Assembly: GCF_006345805.1 (NCBI RefSeq)
Contig: NC_043023.1
Span: 3,968,001 to 4,032,000, forward strand
DNA: 64,000 bases
From: Octopus sinensis
Taxonomy: Eukaryota
Direction: 5' to 3'
Part shown: piece after piece, positions 37,060-51,510 of the stretch
Layout of the letters: the number at the start of each line of letters is the position of its first letter
How positions within the stretch are numbered: the first letter of the stretch is position 1
Notes under the pieces: model-generated
The model's input: only the letters and a program-made list of their open reading frames with translations
What the model was told of the DNA's origin: nothing
Databases searched by the model: none
Translations under genes and position numbers: made by a program

Positions 37060-38180
37060 TACCCGACTTGCACTACAGCACACACAACACCACAGTACTA
37101 CCTTCCACACTACATCACACTACTATGTTTCATGCAACACCACTCTAGACACTACACTGTATCACATACTATGTTCACACTACACCGGACTAAACCACAC
37201 TACATCCCAAACAACAGTGTTCTATACTGTACCACCATTCTCATGTTAAACCACATACCACACTACCACTACATACTATCACCAATGCCACACTACAAAA
37301 CACCGTATAACACTATGCTACGTACTACACTATCACATGCTATCATCGCACTACACCACATACTACAGCATTGCTGCATAACATAAGCACACTACATGCT
37401 ATGTACCATACCACGCACATTCCACATTGTTATTACATTATGTACAATACCATACTACATTGCACACTACAACACATACTGTCATTATTCTACACACCAC
37501 ACTATGCTATGTCATGTACCACTATCACACTATACTGTAGTACACTGTATAAGACCATCACACTATCACCACTACATACCACATCTCATACGCTGTACCA
37601 CACTACAACACCAACATCACACACCACTGTATACACTGTACTATACTATACTACACCTCCATTACACACCACAGTATACACTGTAAGATATTACAACATC
37701 CACTTCACACACCACTCCATACACTGTACTATACTACAACACTGCGATCACACACTACACTATGCATTGTACTATATACCAGCATCACACACCACACTGT
37801 ACATTGTACCATACCACAAAACTACCACACTATACTTTGTACCATACCACATCACTACTTACTATAACATGACACACCACCTACAGAACCACCACTACCA
37901 CCGCTACTACAACACCACCACACTATACTTTGTACCATACTACACCTACAGAACCACCACTACCACCGCTACTACAACATCACCACACTATATTTTGTAC
38001 CATACTCCACACTACTTAGTATACCTACAGAACCACCACTACCACCGCTACTACAACACCACCACAATGTGACAACACTACCACCAGTACAACACATCGC
38101 CCTACAACATACCACTCTACCACTACCACCACAACCACAACACACAAATACCACTACAAAACACCGTCAGCACCCTATAC
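37060..38180. repeat. Degenerate CA/ACT-rich low-complexity tract with internal duplications
   Basis: Recurring ACTACACCAC-like words; duplicated CTACAGAACCACCACTACCACCGCTACTACAAC units near 37880-38060. Confidence 0.8.
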
Positions 38181-38491
38181 CTTACCCCATACCCAATATT
38201 ATTGCCATTTTCACCTGGATTGCTGCTATTGTTGTTGTTATTATTATTATTATTGTTCTTGTTATTGTTGCTATGGTTACTCTGTCAATCAAGCCTGCAA
38301 CATATATATATATATATATATGTGTGTGTGTATATATATATACACACACATATATATATATATGCACACACATAGTGTTATGTGTATGTACTGCTTAACA
38401 CCACTGTACCACCTCCACCACCACCACCACCACACCACTATCACCATTGCCCCTTCAGCAAACTGTTGTTAACTCTGTCGCCTACCCCCAA

Positions 38492-38522
<31 letters not shown>

Positions 38523-38742
38523 CAGCTATTTGTGCATGCAGTGGAATCGCTTCTGCTTGACAGTGAATCTCTTCACATATTAATATAAATGTCTCTCTCT
38601 ACATATATTATGCTAATGTGTCTCTCTACATAAATTATGCTAATGTCTCTCTCTCTACATATATTATGCTAATGTCTTTCCCTACATATATTATGTGAAC
38701 TATATTTTAAAATCTATTACATACACACAGACACACACACAC

Positions 38743-38777
<35 letters not shown>

Positions 38778-39582
38778 TATGTCCTGATGTATAAGAGAGA
38801 AAAGAATGCACTCAGTCCATGTATAAGAGTATATTTATTTGAAGCTGAGAGCATTTACTTTGTGGGTACTCTGAGTTTACCATTCCTATGTTGCTATCCT
38901 TATTCTTCAAGGAACTTGAAACCAGTTAGGAATTCTGGTTTCCAGGCTCTGAGTCACCCCAGAATCTCCTAGCAGTCACCTCCCGCAACTTGATTGTAAT
39001 TGAGGTACTTGGAGTAGCTACATGAAGGACAAAACTTTGAATCCGTATATGTGTATATATGATACATATGTGTATGTGACTGTCTCTTTTTCTCTCTCTA
39101 TATATATATGTATTAGTGGTGAACAGTAAAAATGAGCACTTTTAAATGGAATACTAGAAAATTGTAAATTGTTAATGCCTGAAACATGTGGTAGTGCTGA
39201 AAAGTTGAAAATCCACAAATAAAGAATGTGTGTGTGTGAGAAATGTGTGCATGAAAGTAATTATATATTCAAATCCTTACCATTGTTTCATTCATTCATT
39301 CTTTCTATATTGGTGGATGATCTTCAGTGAAGTTCCAAATGAAAATAGTGGGTAGGTGACTAACCAATCATGTGATGTGATGTGGTGGTGGCTTTCAGTT
39401 AGAGGTAGCAGTCAGTGGCCAGTTTGTGAGGGGCCCCAGCAGAATTGTTTTGGCTTATCTGTAGTGGCAAAAGTATTCACTGATAAACCACAAACGTTTT
39501 AGTTATTAACCAAATTTCTAATTAATTCTGTGCATGTGTACGTGTGAATGACTATATGAAAAAAACAACAACAAAATATATA

Positions 39583-39626
<44 letters not shown>

Positions 39627-39832
39627 AAGAGCATTCAATATAAAGAATATAAAGTTTATATTTTTACAATTGTGGGAGCAAGTCAGTTCATGTTACTAGT
39701 AGCTCTAAAATTGCTCAGAATGGTTTGGTGATAAAAAGTCAACTATTTCGATTAGTTTCGAAGCCAATAGTAACATGGATTGACTAGTTTCTATAACTGT
39801 AATGTCTGCACCTATATATATGTATATGTATA

Positions 39833-39872
<40 letters not shown>

Positions 39873-40335
39873 AGTGTGTGTGTGCATGTCTGCATATAAA
39901 TGTAATTATAAGCATATAATTATACATATGATATAAATTATATACACACAGACTCATACACACATATATATATATACACCTATAGATATGTATGTATTAT
40001 AAAGACAATATGCATGATATTCCTGATGGCCTTTTTTCAATACTGTTCAATATCTGTAAACATTGGTAGCAATATTAAAAGTGTTCTACGTTACGCTAAG
40101 TTATCTTTTTTATTATTTTGCTTTGTTACATGTGTGTGTATGTGTGTATGCATGTGTGTATATATACATATATATGTGTTTGTATGTATATATATATATC
40201 TTTCCATGAATATCCTATAGTAATATATTGTCTATGGATCACCCTCCAAGAATATATGGTATACATTATTTATATATCCTGTTATATTCTTTGAGAATAT
40301 TTTATAGAATATTCTTATGATATTCATAGTATATC

Positions 40336-40369
<34 letters not shown>

Positions 40370-40688
40370 TACATATATACATGCATTATGTATGTATGCA
40401 TGTTACATGAGTGTGTGTACTGTGTATCTAATATTAACTGTTTATATTTTGACTTTTTATGTTTTTTTTATATACACTCTTCTCTTTGATCTTAAATATA
40501 CCGAGATAAGTTATTTTGGTAAAGAAGGTACTTTGATTCGCTGACAGTTAAAAATGTGTGCATGTATGTATACATACTTGGTTGTATATGCATACGGACA
40601 TGTTTATATATATAGATATAAAGATTTTTTTCATAATGAAATATAAAAACGAAGGCTGTGTAGATTTTGGAACATTTATAGATAGATG

Positions 40689-40736
40689 GTCTTACAGCTG
40701 TTTCGAGGATATTTATTATATCCCTTCATCGGAGAC
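40689..40736 (-). ncRNA. Penelope-type minimal hammerhead motif (U4 changed to C)
   Basis: Minus strand GTCT-CCGATGA-A-GGGATAT-AATAA-ATATCCT-C-GAAAC-AGCT-GTA-AGAC: palindromic stem III ACAGCTGT, GUA site, perfect stem I GUCU/AGAC. Confidence 0.6.
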
Positions 40737-41586
40737 GGTGTGAGAGGATGGTTAAGAAATAGTTAATTTAGATAAGATATAAAATAGAGAGTGAGGTGGA
40801 GGAAATAAAAGAAAATAGATGTGAGATATGCAGGGATATTGCATTTGTAGATCCATTTTTTTTAGGCAGAATGGTATACATATAGATATATATAGATATG
40901 TAATGATTTAAGTTTTAGAACAGCTGACAAATAATAGTGTTTTCTATGTATGAATAGATGTGTATATACATACAAGTTCATATATGCATATATTCATATC
41001 ATAGATGTGTGTTTGTGTATATATATATATATATGTACACACACACACATTATTTATCTCATTTCTAGTAATTCATTAAGATTTGAATAAGTAAAAGTTA
41101 AGTTTGTGCATGTATATTTACATATATACAGTTATACTTATACACACACACACGTGTGTATATATGTATAAATGTTTATACTTATATACACATACATTTA
41201 TACTTATACAAATATATATAAAATGGCGGTGCCCCAGCATGGCCGCAGCTCGTGAGCTGAAACTAGATAAAGAAAGATAAAGAAATATATTTATACTTAT
41301 AGACACACACATATAAACAAATGCACCAATATACACCCACCATTTAGCTTATATATCCAACAAATTTGGTATTTTGACATAAAAATTAAATACACATACA
41401 CACACACACATCCAATGATTTACCATTTTTAGTAAAAATAACAACCCTAAACTTATGGCTAAGACTATACACACATGTTGGTGTATAATTATCATAGTCA
41501 CCTGTATACACACATAATTTATAAATCTAGTAATTAGCTCTTTTGTTAATAAGTGTAGAAAATTATGAATAGTTAACAATTTCAAG

Positions 41587-41650
<64 letters not shown>

Positions 41651-42909
41651 CACATTCTAGATACTTATATACATTCGGCATTTATCTAGGTGTAGGAATT
41701 TGTCATTTTGCCAAAGAAAATATTTTAAATAACGGTTTATTTAAAAGCGTATATAAAATGTGTGAATGTATACATACATAAACATGTATATATACACACC
41801 ATATAAAGGTGACTTTATATGCACATACATGTATATACATACGGATATATATATATATGTGTGTGTGTGTGTGTATACATACATGTGTCAATATGGATAT
41901 ATATATATATATATCTGTATGTATGGCTATGTATATATATATATACATACATGTTTGTGTATGGATATATATATATATATCTATATGTATGGCTATATAT
42001 ATATATATATGTATACATAGATGTGTGTGTATGGATATATATATATATATATATATACATGTGTGTGTATAGATATATATATGTGTATATGTGCATACAT
42101 AGCTTTGAAGCTTCAAGAATTTATAATTAAGAATATATTAACATAATGAGCAGTGATGTAGCAAACAATCGGATGCTGCGGTGTGTGGTGCGGGGAGTGA
42201 AGCAGTGATGCATTGTGGTTAGCGAAGCAGTGGTGCATTGTGGGTAAGGGAACAGTGGTGCATTATGGGTGCGGAAACCTTATAATGCAAACGTTTATTA
42301 TTCCAAATGCAAGCACCAAAGTTATATTTTATAAGATATATATATGCATGTGTGTGTATATATATATATATATATACACATACATACATGCAAATAATGC
42401 ATATACCGAAGATTTAAACACACATAATTCAAAATATATATTGCACATAATAATAATAATAATAATAATAACAATAATAATGATAATAATGGTTTCAAAT
42501 TTTGGCATAGGGCCTGCTGTTGTTGTGGGAAAGGGTAAGTTGATCACCTCATTTAATCAACCCCATCCCCTAAAGGATGAAAGCAAAGTAGGGCGACAGG
42601 CAAAGCCAAATTTGAACTCAGAATGTAAAGACGGACAAAATGTCTCTAAGCATTTTGCCTGGCATGCTGACATTTCTGCCATTTTGTCACCTTAATAATA
42701 ATTACACATGAATTCTGAAGAAAAATTTGGGTTTACTAGATCTACATGATAGGGAATATTCCTTTTTTTTTTTTTCAGTGAGTATCACTTAGTAATCAAA
42801 TTATTCTTGAAAGTTTCCCAATCCTTTGCATTCCAAATGCTGTTAAGGTTGACTTATCCTTTCATCTTTCAAAATTTTAAGCCTCTTTTTTCCTAAATAG
42901 GAATTAATT

Positions 42910-43720
42910 TTATGAGGCTGGAGACCTGGCAGAATTATTAGTGCATTGGACTAAATATTTAGTGGCATTACTTGTGGATCTTCACGTTCTGAGTTCAAAT
43001 ACTGCCAAGGTCGACTTACCCTTTCATCCTTCAAAATTTCAAGCCTTTTTTGTAGAAAAAAAATATTTTTATGAGGGTGGAGATCTAGCAGAATCATTAG
43101 GGCATTTAATAAAATGCTTAGTGGATTTTCATTTGGTTCTTTGCATTCTGAGTTCAAATTTTGCCATGATAGACTTTGCCTGTCATCCTTTTGAGATTGA
43201 TAAAATAAAGGACCAGTTAAGCACAGGGGGTATCAATGTAATCAACTGCCCCTCCCCTCAAAATATCAGGCTTTTTTTCTAAAGTAGAAAGAATTTTATT
43301 ATTATATTAAGGTGAAGAGCTGGCAGAATCAATCAAAAAGAGCAGCATTTCTTTTGGCTCATTGCATTCAGGGTTCAAATCCTGGCACAGTCAACTTTGC
43401 CTAACATCCTTGCGGGGTCAATACAATAGAGTTCTAGTTGAGCACTGGGGTCAATGTAATCCACTTGCTCCTCCCCTCAAAATTTTAGGCCTTGTGCCTA
43501 TATATTTTTAAGGTGGTAAGCTGGCATAATTGTTAATGTCAGACCAAATCCTTGGCAGCGTTTCTACCTACTCTTTGTGTTCTGAGTTCAACTCCTGCCA
43601 AAGTCGACTTTGCCTATCATCTTTTCTTTGTTGATGGGATAAGGTACCAGTGGCGCACTGGGGTTGATGAAACCAATTTGCCCCTTCTTTTAAAACTGCT
43701 GGCTTTGTGCCAAAAATTAG
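42910..43720 (+). repeat. Four head-to-tail decayed family-D SINE copies
   Basis: Heads G(G/C)TGGAGA(G/C)CTGGCAGAAT-like at about 42915, 43072, 43307, 43509, each followed by GTTCAAAT...GACTTTGCCT.TCATCCT-like sequence. Confidence 0.65.
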
Positions 43721-45298
43721 GAAGAATTATTCTAGAAAGTTCTTCGAAACAAGCATTCGTTTAAATTATTCAAATTACTTTGTAAGAGTTACAAACAATG
43801 ATTTTTCTGTTTATTTACAATCCCGCACTAAATAACCACTGCAGAAATGTTATTTAAAAAAATAAAAAGCTATAACATAAATATGTGAAAAAATTTAAAA
43901 TTATTCACAAATTTACACCAAATCACTTTTGAAATATTATATATATATATACACACACAAACATATATATATACATATATAGATAATCAACAAAATTAAT
44001 TTTTAAAAAATATAGTCTTACTGTAAGCATTAATCAAAAGATTTATCTGTATACGTTGAAAAATTAAAATTATAAAAATATTTATGTAAATAACTTGAAA
44101 ATTATAAAAATATTGATGATATTTATGCAAATAACTTGGAAATTATGGAAAAGATTTCGTTTTCTTCAAATTTTTTTTGCGAAACATTTATTTAGGGCAG
44201 ATTTAAGTAGATTTTTATTATTTTGCAAATGAAAGTATGCATTCTAGAAATTTCCTCAAAATATTAGGTAATTTATTCCGAATATGATGAGAAAAAAAAA
44301 ATCCAATACAAACATCAAAGATGTTTTGAATATTAATGGGAGAAATATCACTAAAGCTAGATTGTGATGTTTATGAGGTCAGCCATTTTACAATTGTACT
44401 AACATGTCAGTTTTTGAAAGTTACTAAAATAATTCAGAGACTTATTAACAAATTATTCAAGGATTTAAAAAATTAACAAAGGTTTATTCAAAAATTACAA
44501 TAATATTTACTTTTACATATAATGAATTAAATATTTGTTTGATTTTTATAAAATCAGCTCTTTTTCACTGCTGTAAAGTCAGTTTTTGAAAAGTTACTAA
44601 AATAATTCAAGGGTTAAGCTATAATTTACTTAAAGGGATTTTAAAATTAAACGAAGATTTACTTAATTAGACGTTAAAATAATACTTATACTTACCTTCA
44701 AAATGAAACAAAAATTTACATGATTCTTGACTTTCTTCTGGTACAGTTTTGAGAAATTTAAGTCTTCTAGAATTAAAAAAAATATTTTTGAAAATTGGAA
44801 ATATTTACTGAATAAATTAGTCTAAAAATACAAAGCTAGTAAAAATACCATGATGTTTTTGAAAACAATATGCAAAACCTCCAAAAATGTTTTGAGATTT
44901 TGAGCTTTATTTACTGATATGATAAAATGTTAGACTTCAGAATTTACCAAAATAATTCAATATAAATCAACTCCAATTTCTCAAAACTTAACCAGTAGAG
45001 AGTCAAGTTTATATTCTACAAGTTTTCTTCAAAAAGTTTAAGCAAAAACACAAACATCATATCTTAAAGATTGCAAACATCACAAAGATATTTTGTGTTA
45101 TAATGAAGTCGGCCATATTGTTGTACTGAATAAAGCTGTGAGTTTACTGTGATTTTCGTTTGCTTATTTCTTCTTTTATTTAGCGTCTGACAATCTCCTT
45201 GTATCTGTTGCTTTCTGTTTTTTTTCTTCTTATATCTATTTATCTATATATCTATCTATCTGACAATCTGTGTATCGTATGTAAATATATATATTTAA

Positions 45299-45498
45299 GT
45301 CCTTTAGCATTCAAATTATTTTATCAAATGCAAAGCTTATTTATCTACATTGTTTTGAATAAATCCTGCATTATCTCATAGCTTTGAGATTTCAATGAAG
45401 TGATTTGTATATTTTTAAAATGATATCATAGGGTAGTGCAAAAGGCTACATACCGCAGAAAATTTGTGCTGGATATGGCCGGATTAAATGCTAAAGGA
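45299..45498. mobile_element. TTAA-flanked piggyBac-type MITE (200 bp)
   Basis: TTAA|GTCCTTTAGCATT ... AATGCTAAAGGA|TTAA. Confidence 0.65.
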
Positions 45499-45816
45499 TT
45501 AAATATATATAAACACATATATGTATGCACGCACGCACGCATGCACTTAATTGCCTACGACCACCAGTATTACAAGAGCACGATGTCTACCCTCTCTCTG
45601 TATGTGTGACCGTGTGTACAAGAGCTGTCTGTAATGACTTATTCTAATGAAATGATTAACGAGGGAGTAGAGACCAGTAAAACGAGAAAAAATGATAATC
45701 AAAATTTCAGGGGGATTGTAAAAGAGGAAGGAGGATTGGTTAGAATTCAAATGAAGCAATGTAGCCGTGTTCCAAGATAATATTTGAGCATTTCCGTGTT
45801 CTAAACTATATGTATG

Positions 45817-45889
<73 letters not shown>

Positions 45890-45906
<17 letters not shown>

Positions 45907-46650
45907 GTATGTATGTATATAATGTGTGTGTGCAGTAAGAGCTGCTTAATATGGTCACTTTGGGATAATTTTTATGATAACAATAAGTGGTTGATAATAT
46001 TATAGTTTGATAACATTAAGCAAATGGGTTTAGAATATATTGAATACATTACTTTTGATAATAATAACTGTTCAATGTCATCCAGGATTATGATACATGG
46101 CTTCTGCTATACACGCAGCTATGTGTGTGTATATATATATATACACACACATATATATATATATGTATGTATATTTATATACAAATACATATATATACAT
46201 ATATATATGTATGTGTAGAGTGTACTGTTCCGTGATAGTAAGATCAGTAAAACAAGTACTCCATCTGGTGAGAGAGATAAACATTATTTAATAAACACAT
46301 AGTTTTATGAGCTGCTAATAGTTTCATACTATGAAAAACAACCCGGGCATCATTTTATAACATGTTTGGTGCCTTCATGCAATCTTCGGGCTCTACCCAC
46401 GTGGCATAACAAGCTAAAACAGGACGGTAGGATAAGAGAAGTTACAAACAAGGATGAGAAGGAAGTCAATGTTCTCTCATTGTCCTGTTTTAGCTTGTTA
46501 TGCCATGGGCTACAAGAGCCTGGGGACTGCATGAAGGCACCAGCACCAAACTGTTATAAAATGCTGTTGTCTGAGTCATTTTTACTGCAAGAAACTATTA
46601 AAAGCTCATTAAAAAAAATATATATATACTGTGTTTATTAAATATCTCTC

Positions 46651-46685
<35 letters not shown>

Positions 46686-47435
46686 ATAATGTGTGTGTGT
46701 GCAGTAAGAGCTGCTTAATATGGTCACTTTGGGATAATTTTTATGATAACAATAAGTGGTTGATAATATTATAGTTTGATAACATTAAGCAAATGGGTTT
46801 AGAATATATTGAATACATTACTTTTGATAATAATAACTGTTCAATGTCATCCAGGATTATGATACATGGCTTCTGCTATACACGCAGCTATGTGTGTGTA
46901 TATATATATATACACACACATATATATATATATGTATGTATATTTATATACAAATACATATATATACATATATATATGTATGTGTAGAGTGTACTGTTCC
47001 GTGATAGTAAGATCAGTAAAACAAGTACTCCATCTGGTGAGAGAGATAAACATTATTTAATAAACACATAGTTTTATGAGCTGCTAATAGTTTCATACTA
47101 TGAAAAACAACCCGGGCATCATTTTATAACATGTTTGGTGCCTTCATGCAATCTTCGGGCTCTACCCACGTGGCATAACAAGCTAAAACAGGACGGTAGG
47201 ATAAGAGAAGTTACAAACAAGGATGAGAAGGAAGTCAATGTTCTCTCATTGTCCTGTTTTAGCTTGTTATGCCATGGGCTACAAGAGCCTGGGGACTGCA
47301 TGAAGGCACCAGCACCAAACCTGTTATAAAATGCTGTTGTCTGAGTCATTTTTACTGCAAGAAACTATTAAAAGCTCATTAAAAAAAATATATATATACT
47401 GTGTTTATTAAATATCTCTCTATATATATATATAT
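45890..47435. repeat. Near-perfect tandem duplication of about 769 bp
   Basis: The ORF track repeats at a +769 offset (46024/46793, 46078/46847); breakpoints lie in (TA)n; differences seen are small indels. Confidence 0.92.
46270..46650. repeat. Foldback element of about 380 bp (second copy 47039-47420)
   Basis: Nested paired blocks: TGGCATAACAAGCTAAAACAGGAC (46402-25 / 46482-505), TGGTGCCTTCATGCA, CATTTTATAACA, TAATAGTTTC, TTTAATAAACAC, GAGAGATA. Confidence 0.85.
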
Positions 47436-48556
47436 ATATATTATATATGTATGTATATACATGTGAAGGCGCATGGCTCAGTAGTTGGAACGTTGAGCTT
47501 ACGATCGTGAAGTTGTGAGTTCGATTCCCGGACCAGGCTGCGTGTTGTGTTCTTGAGCAAGACACTTTATTTCACGTTGTTTCAGTTAACTCAGCTGTAG
47601 AAAAGAGTTGCGACATCACTGGTGCCAAGCTGTATCGGCCCCTTTGCCTTTCCTTTGGAGAGGGGAGGCTGGTATCCATGGGCGACTGCTAGCCTTCAAT
47701 AAACAACCTTTCCTGGACTTTGCCTGGGAGGGTAACTTTTTAGGTGCAATCCCATGGTCATTCATGACCGAAGGGGGTTTCCTCATGTATATACACTCTG
47801 GTATATGATGGCTGTCCACTTGTGACTGAGAAAGACCATCACTGACCATTGGCCATGCAAAATACCAGCAATGCCCATCATGAGGTTATTGCACCAGCAG
47901 TTGCTTCACCCAGTCTGTGTTTGTGGCCTTCCATGCTAACCACAGCACTTTGACAGGGCATCAGATAGTTGCCTTGTTGGTGATTGCGCATCCATAAGTT
48001 TTCAGTCCAATGAGGGTCACACAGAACCTTGCAGACCCTTTCCACTCTACTAACCTGATCCAGAGACATGTCAGGGAAATAGAGGTACAACAGAAACAAG
48101 AAGAAAGAGAGAGAAAGTTGTGGTGAAAGAGTACAATAGGGTTCACCACCGCCATTTACCGGAGCCTCATGGAGCTTTAGGTTTTTGTGCTCAATAAACA
48201 CTCATTACGCCTGGTCTAGGAATTGAAGCTGCAATCGTACGACTGTAAGTCTGCTGCCCTGACCACTGGGGGCCATTGTGCCTATATATATATATAAATA
48301 TATATATATTAAATTAGAGATAAAACCACTATTAGGCAAATCAAACAGTGAAAATCATTAACCAATACATAGAAATAAAATTAATTAATAAAATTCAAAA
48401 TTTAAATCATTTAAATTAAAGTTAAAATTTCAAAAATTGTTTAAATTAATAATTTATATTTATAAATTATATATATATATATTATATATATATATATGTA
48501 TATATATATATAAATTTTAAAAAATTATTTAAATTAATAATTTATACTTATAAATT

Positions 48557-48600
<44 letters not shown>

Positions 48601-48674
48601 ATTATTATTATTATTATTAATAATATAAGTTTCAAAATATATTCTTTTCTAGAGGGTATTGGAATATCCTTCAA

Positions 48675-48714
<40 letters not shown>

Positions 48715-49185
48715 TATATAAAACTGGGATTCTGTCGGCTTCAATGATGAGTGTTCCAGCTGATTGAATCAATGGAACAGCCTGCATGTGAAATTAACAT
48801 GCAAGTGGCTGAGTGCTCCTCAGACGTGTGTACCCTTAAAGCAGTTCTCTGGGAGATTCAGCGTGAGACAGAACATAGCAAGGCTGGCCCTTTGAAATAC
48901 AGGTACAACTCATTTTTGCCAGTAGAGTGGACTGGAGCAACGTGAAAAGTAAAGTGTCTTGCTCAAGGACACAACACGCCACCAGGAACTGAACTCACAA
49001 CCTTACGACCATGAGCCAACTACCCTAACCACTAAGTTATGCGCCTTCACTATATATATATATATATATATAAAATACAATGTACATTTAAATACATAAG
49101 TGATGGCCATAATAGGACATCTAACCTGCTAGAAGGAGTAGTTAAAATCCAAACCACAATTTGGGATAATTTCGAAATATGTATG

Positions 49186-49219
<34 letters not shown>

Positions 49220-49489
49220 AGGATAAGATCGATATTCAAATATCGATCTTATCAAGTGGCCAGCATGGGAATAAATACCATACAAAGGTAATAATTATTT
49301 GAAACTATAAATTAGGGTATCTGAGAGATACCCCCATGCTGAAATATATATATATATATACATATATATATGTAATATGCTGACATTTTCTCCTAAAGAC
49401 ACCATTCTTCCCAGTTTCAAGTCAAAATTCCAACAATTATTTCTCGAGTATCTTCCAATGAAATTATATTTCTGAACAACTTAAACAAA

Positions 49490-51010
49490 GCATTTAAAAT
49501 ATACATATTCCTGGTCCTCCATCACTGATTTTAAAAACGTTAACGTATGCATGTCCCTGGCCCTGAGTGACAGCTTTCTTTAAAATTTGAACAATCTTGG
49601 TGTTCCTCTCGTGAAGCAGCCATATTAATATGAGTAAGACAGTAAAATATCCACATTCCTGGGCCTAGATCTTATTGTTACTCAATTAAATTTTTCCAGT
49701 GAAAATAAGCGAAATAGTAAACTATCCACATTCTGGGCCTACATCTGTTAAGAAATAGCTTATTCCTATAGAAGTAAGTTATCCATATTCCTGGGCCTAA
49801 ATCTTATTCTTACCCAGATTAATTATTTGTATAAAAATGAATATCCAGATTTAGGGGTCTTTGATTCCACTAAAAATAAGTAAAATAACAAAATATCCAC
49901 ATTCTGGGGCCCAGATCTTGTTACCTGGATGAATTCTTATAAAAATAAAGTAGTTGTAAAATATCCATGTTCCAGGGCCTAGATCTTGTTATCAGACTGA
50001 ATTCTTAGAAAAATAAACTAGTAAAATATCCACCTTCTGGGGCCTAGATGAATTATTTCAATAAAAATAAGTCTAGTAAAATATACATATTCTGGGGCTT
50101 ACATTTTATTGATATCCAGGTGGATTATTCCAATAAATGATAAAACGTCCACATTCCTGGGCCTAGATCTTATTACTCATGTAAATTATTCCTATAGAAA
50201 TAAGCTAAAATAGTAGAATATCCACGTTCTTGGGCCTGGATTTTATTGTTAGCCAGATGAATTATTCCTATTAGAATAAATGAAATATACAGATTCCATG
50301 GCCTAGATCATGTTTCTCACGATAATCATTCCAATAATACTTGGTAAAATATACACATTCCTGGCCCTGGTTTGCTGTTTGAAATGGTGAACTATGCATG
50401 TTCCTGCAGGTCCAGAATGACTGCTTGAAATCTGAAGGGATCTTATTGTTCCTTAAGAAGCATTAGAAAGAAGTTAGTGAAATATCCATATTCCTGGGCC
50501 TAGATCTTATTGTTCATCAGAGGAATTATTCTTCTCGAAATAAGTGAAATATGCAGATTCTGGGGATTAGATCTTTGATGAATAAGTAAAATATACATAC
50601 TTCTGGTCTTGCATGGCTGTTTTCAAAATATTAAAATATACATGTTCGTGGTTATGAGTGACTGTGAGATATTAATATATATACATTCCTGGTCCTTGGT
50701 GGCTATGTTTGAAATAGTGAAGTATACACGTTCCTGGGCATGAGAAGCTATGAAATAGTAAAATATACATGTTCCTGTTCTTGGGTGGCTGTTGTTGAAA
50801 TACTAAAATATACATGTTCGTGATGTGAAATATTGATATATTTGCATTCCTGGTCCTGGGGTGGGGCTACATTTGAAATATTGAAGTATACGCATTCCTG
50901 GAAGCTGTGAAATAGTAAAATATACATGTTCCTGGTCCTGAGTGGCTGTGTTTGAAATAGTGAAATATAATATATTCCTGATCCTGCATGGCTGTGTTGG
51001 AAATCCTAAA
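49490..51010. repeat. Old divergent minisatellite, about 27 units with core AAATAT(C/A)CA(C/T)(A/G)TTCCTGG
   Basis: About 60-75-bp units ending GGGCCTAGATCTT in the first part; 30-48-bp units after about 50590. Confidence 0.8.
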
Positions 51011-51263
51011 ACTAGAAAAAAAATTGCTGTGTTTGAAGAGAATTAGGGAGGAAATTGGGAGAATGCGCTTGAGAGAGAGAGGGAGAAAAGAGTATTAGAA
51101 ATATATATATATATGGAGAGAGTGGTAGAAAGACAGATATATAAAATGATAATTTCATTGAGGTATATATAACAGTAGTATTTATCATATTAAGCTCATC
51201 AGTAGATATTGGCTATCTACAAATATCCATAGTGTTTTTATGATGACAAAGAATGGGTGAACA

Positions 51264-51510
51264 AATCATTTTACTACTTTGGTTTACAATTGTTTCATCG
51301 TAGTTCTAGACAAACAATCTTGCAGCCTTGTAATAACTTATGCAACTATTGATTACTTTCCAGGGTGACCATAATAACATGCTGAATAAAATTTTCAGAA
51401 TTGCGCACATGGGAAGCAATCAATACTTGCATAAATTATTACATAATGTTGCAAGATTGATTGCAGTGAAATAAGACGAAACAATTGTAAATCGAAATAG
51501 TAAAATGATT
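51264..51510. repeat. Decayed foldback element (about 100-bp arms)
   Basis: AATCATTTTACTA...TTTACAATTGTTTC...CAATCTTGCA...TATTGATT mirrored at about 51410-51510. Confidence 0.8.

Noticed and set aside
39218-39223. AATAAA as the SCOC poly(A) signal
   Set aside because: AATAAA is common in this AT-rich DNA; cannot be assigned without transcript data
43900-45200. Very AT-rich stretch with faint ~170-bp periodicity
   Set aside because: Only two loosely similar blocks were seen; cannot be distinguished from compositional noise
47660-47790. Possible HDV-like ribozyme in a SINE tail (GGTCA-TTCA-TGACC hairpin followed by GAAG)
   Set aside because: I could not build the P1/P2/P3 pseudoknot by eye
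49490-51010. CRISPR-like repeat-spacer appearance
   Set aside because: Eukaryotic context; repeats are degenerate, spacers are related to each other and vary in length; no cas genes
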